Shown here: one piece after another, positions 61,160-63,586 of the stretch
How the letters are laid out: each line of letters starts with the position of its first letter
Position numbering within the stretch: position 1 is the first letter of the stretch
Source of the DNA: an uncultured Spartobacteria bacterium
Lineage (GTDB): Bacteria > Verrucomicrobiota > Verrucomicrobiia > Chthoniobacterales > UBA6821
Length of the DNA stretch: 63,586 nucleotides
Direction of reading: 5' to 3'
NCBI GenBank assembly: GCA_903868795.1
Contig: CAIPWR010000048.1
Coordinates: 1 to 63,586, forward strand
Translations under genes and position numbers: made by a program
Notes under the pieces: generated by a model
What the model saw: the letters and a program-made list of their open reading frames with translations, nothing else
Database searches by the model: none
What the model was told of the DNA's origin: nothing

Positions 61160-62851
61160 TTACTTGCTGCCCTGACCGGGACGGTACTCCTCTTCGGCTG
61201 CCGAGAGGGCTGCACCGAAGCTGACCATGTCCTCGCCGCTCTTGACGGACTCGAGGGCCTCGCTCTCCTTGCGGAGGGCGTCTTCGCTGTAGCCGGTTGC
61301 CTTGATGGAGAGGCCGAGGCGACGCTCGGTCTTGTCGATCTTGATGACGCGGGCCTCGACTTCCTGGCCGACCTTGAGGACATCCTTGACCTTCTCGACA
61401 CGATCCTCGCTGATCTGCGAGATGTGGACGAGTCCGTCGATGGCTCCGGGGAGCTCGATGAAAGCGCCGAAGTTGGCGATCTTGGAGACGGTTCCCTTGA
61501 CGAGATCTCCGACCTTGAACTTGCCCTCGATCTCCTTCCAAGGATCGGTCTCGAGCTGTTTGACGCCCAGACTGATGCGCTGGTTGGCCTTGTCGATATC
61601 GATGACGACGGCATCCACCTCGTCGCCCTTCTTGAGGATTTCGCTCGGGTGATTGATCTTCTTGTTCCAGCTGAGATCGGAGACGTGCACCATGCCGTCG
61701 ATTCCTTCCTCGAGCTCCACGAAGGCGCCGTAGGCGGTCATGTTGCGGACCTGGCCGCGAACCTGCTTGCCGATGACGTAGCGCTGCTCGATCTCATCCC
61801 AAGGATTCGGCTCGAGCTGACGGACGCCGAGGGAGATCTTCTGATCCTCCTTGTTGACGCCGAGAACCACAGCCTCGATGTCCTGACCAAGGGTGAGGAC
61901 GTCGGAAGGACGGGTGATACGCTTGGTCCAGGAGAGCTCCGAGACGTGGATAAGACCCTCGATGCCTTCTTCGATCTGAATGAAAGCGCCGTAGGGCATG
62001 AGATTGGTGACCTTGCCCTTGACCTTCTGGCCAATCGGAAAGCGCTCTTCGAGACGATCCCAGGGGTTGGACTGAAGCTGTTTGAGACCAAGAGAGATAC
62101 GCTCCTTGTCCTTGTTGATCTCGAGGACGACAACCGTGAGGCGGTCGCCTGGCTTGACGGCCTCGCTCGGGTGCGTGAGACGTGCCCAGGACATGTCGGT
62201 GATGTGGAGAAGTCCGTCGATGCCATCGAGATCGAGGAAGGCTCCGAAGTCGGTGATGTTCTTGACGGTACCTTCGACCTTGTCACCGGCGCTCATGGTT
62301 CCGAGGAACTGCTGGCGTCGCTCACTGCGCTCGGCCTCGATGAGTTCGCGGCGGCTGAGGACGACGTTCTTGCGATCCTCGTTCAGCTTGACGATCTTGA
62401 AGTCGTAGGTGTTTCCGACAAATTGGGTGAGATCCTTCGGAGGATTGATATCCACCTGCGAAGCGGGGAGGAAAGCCTCGACGCCGACATTGACGATGAG
62501 ACCACCCTTGACGACGGATTTGACGCGTCCCTTGATGATGCCCTCGGCCTCGAACAGCTTGACGATCTTCGACCAGTTCTGACGCTGGGAAGCTTTCTGC
62601 TTGGAGAGGATGACCATTCCGAGGTCGTTTTCGAGACGCTCGAGGAGAACCTCGACCTCGTCTCCGACCTGAATTTCCTCGGGATTGTCGAATTCCGAAG
62701 CGGAAACCACACCTTCGGACTTGTATCCGATGTCGATGAGGAATTCCTTGGGGCGCTTCTCGAGGATGTGCCCTTTAACGATGCTGCCTTCGCGGTAGTT
62801 TTTAACCGAGGCGGCGATGAGTTGCTGAAGTTCAGCGATTGATGTTGTCAT
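61160..62851 (-). CDS. rpsA: 30S ribosomal protein S1
   Basis: DIGYKSEG, AFLPASQVD and repeated S1 domains (FGAF...DGL.HI.D.SW, RISLGLKQL). Start at ATG 62851 (MTTSIAELQ). Confidence 0.97.
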   Translation of the reverse strand: MTTSIAELQQLIAASVKNYREGSIVKGHILEKRPKEFLIDIGYKSEGVVSASEFDNPEEIQVGDEVEVLLERLENDLGMVILSKQKASQRQNWSKIVKLFEAEGIIKGRVKSVVKGGLIVNVGVEAFLPASQVDINPPKDLTQFVGNTYDFKIVKLNEDRKNVVLSRRELIEAERSERRQQFLGTMSAGDKVEGTVKNITDFGAFLDLDGIDGLLHITDMSWARLTHPSEAVKPGDRLTVVVLEINKDKERISLGLKQLQSNPWDRLEERFPIGQKVKGKVTNLMPYGAFIQIEEGIEGLIHVSELSWTKRITRPSDVLTLGQDIEAVVLGVNKEDQKISLGVRQLEPNPWDEIEQRYVIGKQVRGQVRNMTAYGAFVELEEGIDGMVHVSDLSWNKKINHPSEILKKGDEVDAVVIDIDKANQRISLGVKQLETDPWKEIEGKFKVGDLVKGTVSKIANFGAFIELPGAIDGLVHISQISEDRVEKVKDVLKVGQEVEARVIKIDKTERRLGLSIKATGYSEDALRKESEALESVKSGEDMVSFGAALSAAEEEYRPGQGSK

Positions 62852-62999
62852 GATGTGTTGAATAACTTCTGCGGAGAGATTGTTGCCAATCACTCCTACC
62901 GAGACTCCTTTTAAGTGACGGCAGAAGAGCCAAAAAGAATAGCAATCCCTGCTTGCAGGGCAATGAATTTCTCCCACTATGAAGCCTACTAAAGCTCCG

Positions 63000-63586
63000 A
63001 TGACTGACTCTGCCACCATCCGCCCCCTGCACTCCTTAGGCATGGAGGATCTCGAGGAGAGTCTTTCCTTGTTGGGACAGCCCTCCTACCGAGCCAAGCA
63101 GATCATGGAGTGGACTTACGGTCGAGAGAAGCGCGTCGATACTTGGGAGGCGATGAAGAATCTCCCTGCGTCGCTCCGATCCTCTTTGGCAGAACTTCAT
63201 CCGATCCGCTTACCCGAGGTCGTGACTGTCAGTGGTTCACAGGATACGACCCGGAAGCTTCTGCTACGCCTCCACGACGGGGAACTCATCGAGACTGTCC
63301 TGATCCCGGCGTCGCCAGCGCTCTACGGGGAGGAATCCGATCGACGGACGCTCTGTGTTTCCTCGCAGGTGGGATGCGCTTATGGTTGTAAATTCTGTGC
63401 GAGCGGTCTCGATGGTTGGAAGCGTCACCTAAGCGCCGATGAGATCGTCTCCCAGGTGTTGCTCGCCGAGAAGATCTCCGGAGAGCGGATCAATAATCTG
63501 GTCTTCATGGGGATGGGAGAGCCGATGGCGAACTACAAGAACTGGCTGCAGGCTGTCTCGATCCTGAACGCCCCCTGGGGAGTCGG
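63000..63586 (+). CDS. rlmN: 23S rRNA/tRNA m2A methyltransferase RlmN (radical SAM), truncated by the window end; absent from the ORF track
   Basis: From ATG 63000: YRAKQIMEW, IETVLIP, TLCVSSQVGCAYGCKFCASG and NLVFMGMGEP. Confidence 0.95.
   Translation, partial: MTDSATIRPLHSLGMEDLEESLSLLGQPSYRAKQIMEWTYGREKRVDTWEAMKNLPASLRSSLAELHPIRLPEVVTVSGSQDTTRKLLLRLHDGELIETVLIPASPALYGEESDRRTLCVSSQVGCAYGCKFCASGLDGWKRHLSADEIVSQVLLAEKISGERINNLVFMGMGEPMANYKNWLQAVSILNAPWGV

Noticed and set aside
61145-62842. 565-aa ORF antisense to rpsA
   Set aside because: Same shadow effect from biased codon usage. It spans almost exactly the rpsA CDS and has no independent features.

Overview
Bacterial chromosome segment. 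Gene content and style (short AtpH, rpoZ next to smpB, PVC-type TPR proteins, mostly SD-less C/A-rich leaders) suggest Verrucomicrobiota; that assignment is inference. Bases 1-140 are the 3' end of an IS4-family element. Bases 352-20131 form an accessory carbohydrate-utilisation island of two divergent operons around a GntR/HutC-type regulator with a palindromic operator. It encodes four GH2 enzymes of the beta-mannosidase-like clade (one frameshifted at a G6 run, two tandem paralogs with altered substrate motifs), a DUF5060/DUF4038 hydrolase, an unclassified secreted (alpha/alpha)6-type hydrolase, a ROK kinase and an extended mannose-6-phosphate isomerase, with no transporter in view. The rest is mostly core genome: gatA/gatC, dgt, ychF, nif3, mpg, rpoN, glk, serA, atpBEFHAGDC, rph, rpmB, sseA-sufE, tRNA-Asn, rpoZ, smpB, trpEG, mdtABC, lipB, ruvC, SRP RNA (ffs), argH, tatC, grx, rpsA and partial rlmN. 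Less obvious signals are a 40-aa Cys-rich lipopeptide with a strong SD, a sigma54-type -24/-12 site in front of rpoN itself, a perfect Rex-type operator between serA and atpB, a probable leaderless sseA transcript, and several short-period inverted-repeat elements. All calls come from reading motifs by eye; no database searches were run.
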